A stretch of 64,000 nt of DNA from Octopus bimaculoides. Lineage: Eukaryota. The first letter of the stretch is position 1; each line of letters opens with the position of its first letter. Shown piece by piece: positions 61,280 to 64,000 of the stretch. The notes under the pieces are model-generated. The model had not been told where the DNA came from. It did not search any database and saw only the letters and a program-made list of their open reading frames with translations. Both the position numbers and the translations under genes were made by a program. The DNA lies in assembly GCF_001194135.2 (NCBI RefSeq), contig NC_068989.1, forward strand, positions 48,556,041-48,620,040, in the 5' to 3' direction.

Positions 61280-63463
61280 CTTTTATTGGCCACAAGGGCT
61301 CACATACAAAATATTAATTGACATACAACAACATAAAAGACAAAAACAGGATGATACAATGGGTCTTCGTATGTACACAACATAAATAGCAGTTAAAAAT
61401 TAAACAAATTCGACTCCCAATAGAGGAGGTGCTTTAAGGTCCTCATGGAAAAACCCACAAAAACCACAGGTACCTGAATAACAGGGCAAGAGACCTTTTT
61501 TTGTTTTACAGGTGCACGCTCAGAATTGGTCCTTTCACACTGGCCATTCTTCTAACATTCACCCACCTTTCAACAAACTTGCTACAAGGCAACACTTCCC
61601 TCTCCAACCTCAACTTCCTTTTCAAGTGAAACTTGAAAAAGCTGATGAGGGCTTCGTCAAAGAGGAAAGTGCCCTTTCAAATGGGTCCACCATACTACAT
61701 CTTTCGCTACAGCCACTACACAAATAAAAATTGTTTGCCCTTCCTGACCAAAAGAGGGCAGGGGAGCAGTCTTCACAATGGATTCAGCTGATAGCTGGAT
61801 TCATCCCACATGTAACAGTAGGTGTTCGACATGAACAATACTCGGGCACTAGACTAGGGCATGCAGAACAGTTTCATTGTTCTGGGTGCACCTTGGGCAG
61901 GCCCGGCTGATGGCACTTCCATGTCTGTAAAGTTTATCCCAAACAGGCAGCACCCCTTGGTAGCACTGCCAGGCAAGGGATTTCTGGAAGTTATCCATAG
62001 GCCCAGGCCTGAAAGTTCCCCGAAACAGACCGGTTAATTGATCTTCATCGATGCTCAGAGTTTCCCTGAGAATGTCGTTGCACTTTCCCACCACTATCCC
62101 TCTATAAAACACTAGAGTGGAACTACCATCGACTGCATTGCCCTCCTGGCGGAGGGCTGTGGGCGCTTGCCAGCATTCAAGGTGCCAAGCGTCCCTCCTT
62201 GGTCTACACGTAATCCAGGATTGCAGCTCAGTCAAAGAGATGAGCTGTGGAAAAGTGTCTCTTACAAACAGTGACCACACCTGCTCACCATCAAGGAAAC
62301 GCTTGAGATGTCACAATCTCAGTACATGTCTGCGCATCAGTAACCACGGCATGCCCAGCCCTCCATTCAGCAGCTGTTGACAGCAGATGAAACGCCTGAC
62401 CAGAGGAACACACCCCTTCCACAGAAAGCGGAAGAGTACGCGCACCAGCTTGGTCAACCAGCAAATGGGGCAAGGGGTGACAGTCAGGTGTTAATAGATG
62501 ACATGCAATATACGCATTTGCCACCTCTGCTAACCTTTCAGGGACAGCTTCCTCTCAGCCCATTTCTGAGTGAGATTGGCTACCCTGCTTGTCACCTCAT
62601 CCCAGTTTTTCTCCACCTGGAAGTCTGGGCCAAACCAAACTCTGAGCAACTTAAAGGGACTATCTGTCCAGTGCTCCACCGTGCCATTGAACGGCATGGA
62701 CTTGCCTCCCCAGGTGCCAAGTTGCAAGCCCACTGATTTTTCTGCTCCTGTCACTACTTCATATTCCTGTAGTGTTTCGCCAATTAGGTCAATATGCCTG
62801 TGGCTTGACCCTATGACGGTGACATCATCAGCGTAAGCAGACACACTTGTCTCACATCCTAGATCACGTGGGACACTCCTCAAAGCCTTTGACTTCCACA
62901 GCAATAGCTCAAGAGTCAGTACATACAGAGGGGAGGAGAGACGAACTGAATGCAAGATGCTGAATGGCTCTGACAGGTGACCATTCGTCCGAACAACTGA
63001 GCAGATGCAGCTCTACAAAGCAGTGATTCAACCATGGAGAACAGGACCGAAACTGGCTGCCTTGAGGACAGTTGCCAAGTATTGATGGTTGACCCTATCA
63101 AAGGCTTTAAATTGATCTAAATTGATCAGAGCCCCACCCATGCCAGCTTTGTTATCCACCCTCTCTATGATGTAGTGCATAAGATGGAGGCTATCGCAAA
63201 TACTTCTGGTTGGGATGGAGCAGGTTTGCACCTCACCAACCAGTTCATCCACGACAAGCGCCAACCTCTTGGCTAACACCTTGGCCAAAATCTTCAACTC
63301 TGCACTGAGCAGAGTGATGGGTCTGAAATTTTCTATAATGTTCCCCTTGTTTGGGTCCTTTCTCAGCAGTTCCACCAACCCGTGACAGGCAAAAATGGGA
63401 ATTCTCCCACTCTGCTGCCAGATGCAGTAAATTTTTGCTAGGAGGCCCACAGACAAGTCTGGC

Positions 63464-63465
<2 letters not shown>
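61280..63465 (-). mobile_element. 5'-truncated L1/Tx1-type LINE (RT domain to zf-RVT, 3' UTR with AATAAA); frameshifted
   Basis: NFRPITLLSAELKILAKVLAKRL, LDQFKAFDRVNH, AYADDVTV, KSVGLQLG, VWFGPD, CPRCTQNNETVLHAL; minus-strand AATAAA at 61287-61282. Assignment to Tx1 rather than another L1 lineage is by motif resemblance only. Confidence 0.88.
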
Positions 63466-63505
<40 letters not shown>

Positions 63506-63508
<3 letters not shown>

Positions 63509-63907
63509 TTTTTATCGACTTACCCCGAAAGATTTTTTATCGACTTACCCCGAAAGATTTTTTATCGACTTACCCCGAAATGATGAAAAGCAAGGTTAGC
63601 CTCAGCAGAATTTGAACTCATATATAAAGATAGACAAAATGCTGCTAATGATTCTGCTAGTTTGCCACCTTTAAATAATAATAATAATAATAATAATGGT
63701 TTCGAATTTTGTTATGAGGCCAGCAGTTTTGGGGGAGGGGCTAAGTTAAATTGACCCCAATGGTCAACTGCTACTTATTTTATCAACCCTAAAAGGATGA
63801 CAGGCAAAGTTGAACCCGGTCAAGTTTGAACTCAGAATGTAAAAACGGGCAAAATGTCATTAAGCATTTCGTAGGACTTGCTAATGATTCTGCCAGCTTG
63901 CCACCTT
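63506..63907 (-). mobile_element. Two tandem SINE family-1 copies separated by (AAT)n
   Basis: Same consensus; the first copy carries a 25-bp triplication at 63506-63580. Confidence 0.8.
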
Positions 63908-63923
63908 AATAATAATAATAATG

Positions 63924-63957
<34 letters not shown>

Positions 63958-64000
63958 AGTTTAACATGTGAGTACGATAAATCACTGCTCTGAAACTTAT

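Overview
AT-rich animal genomic DNA (draft scaffold, six N-gaps), dense in microsatellites and SINE/LINE/DNA-transposon debris. The repeat landscape looks like an octopus/coleoid cephalopod, but that is an inference. One host gene crosses the window on the minus strand. Seven internal exons (53844-53734, 34305-34122, 30757-30667, 15466-15371, 13488-13403, 12021-11899, 9041-8959) splice with GT-AG ends and compatible phases into a stop-free 258-aa segment of a peptidase M28B protein (glutamate carboxypeptidase II / NAALADase / NAALADL2 / transferrin-receptor family), covering the PA domain and the first part of the protease domain. The most notable feature is a rewired active site: the catalytic WDAEEFG motif reads WDATKYG (general base Glu424->Thr, Zn ligand Glu425->Lys; human GCPII numbering, recalled), Arg210 is Pro, and three S1' pocket positions (209, 257, 428) are all His, while Zn ligands His377 and Asp387 are kept. 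This suggests a pseudo-peptidase or repurposed ligand/metal-binding receptor. The introns hold a Helitron helicase fossil, RTE and Tx1/L1-type LINE fragments, several mariner derivatives, piggyBac-like and hAT-like MITEs, and at least three tRNA-derived SINE families. Repeat boundaries were read by eye and are approximate.
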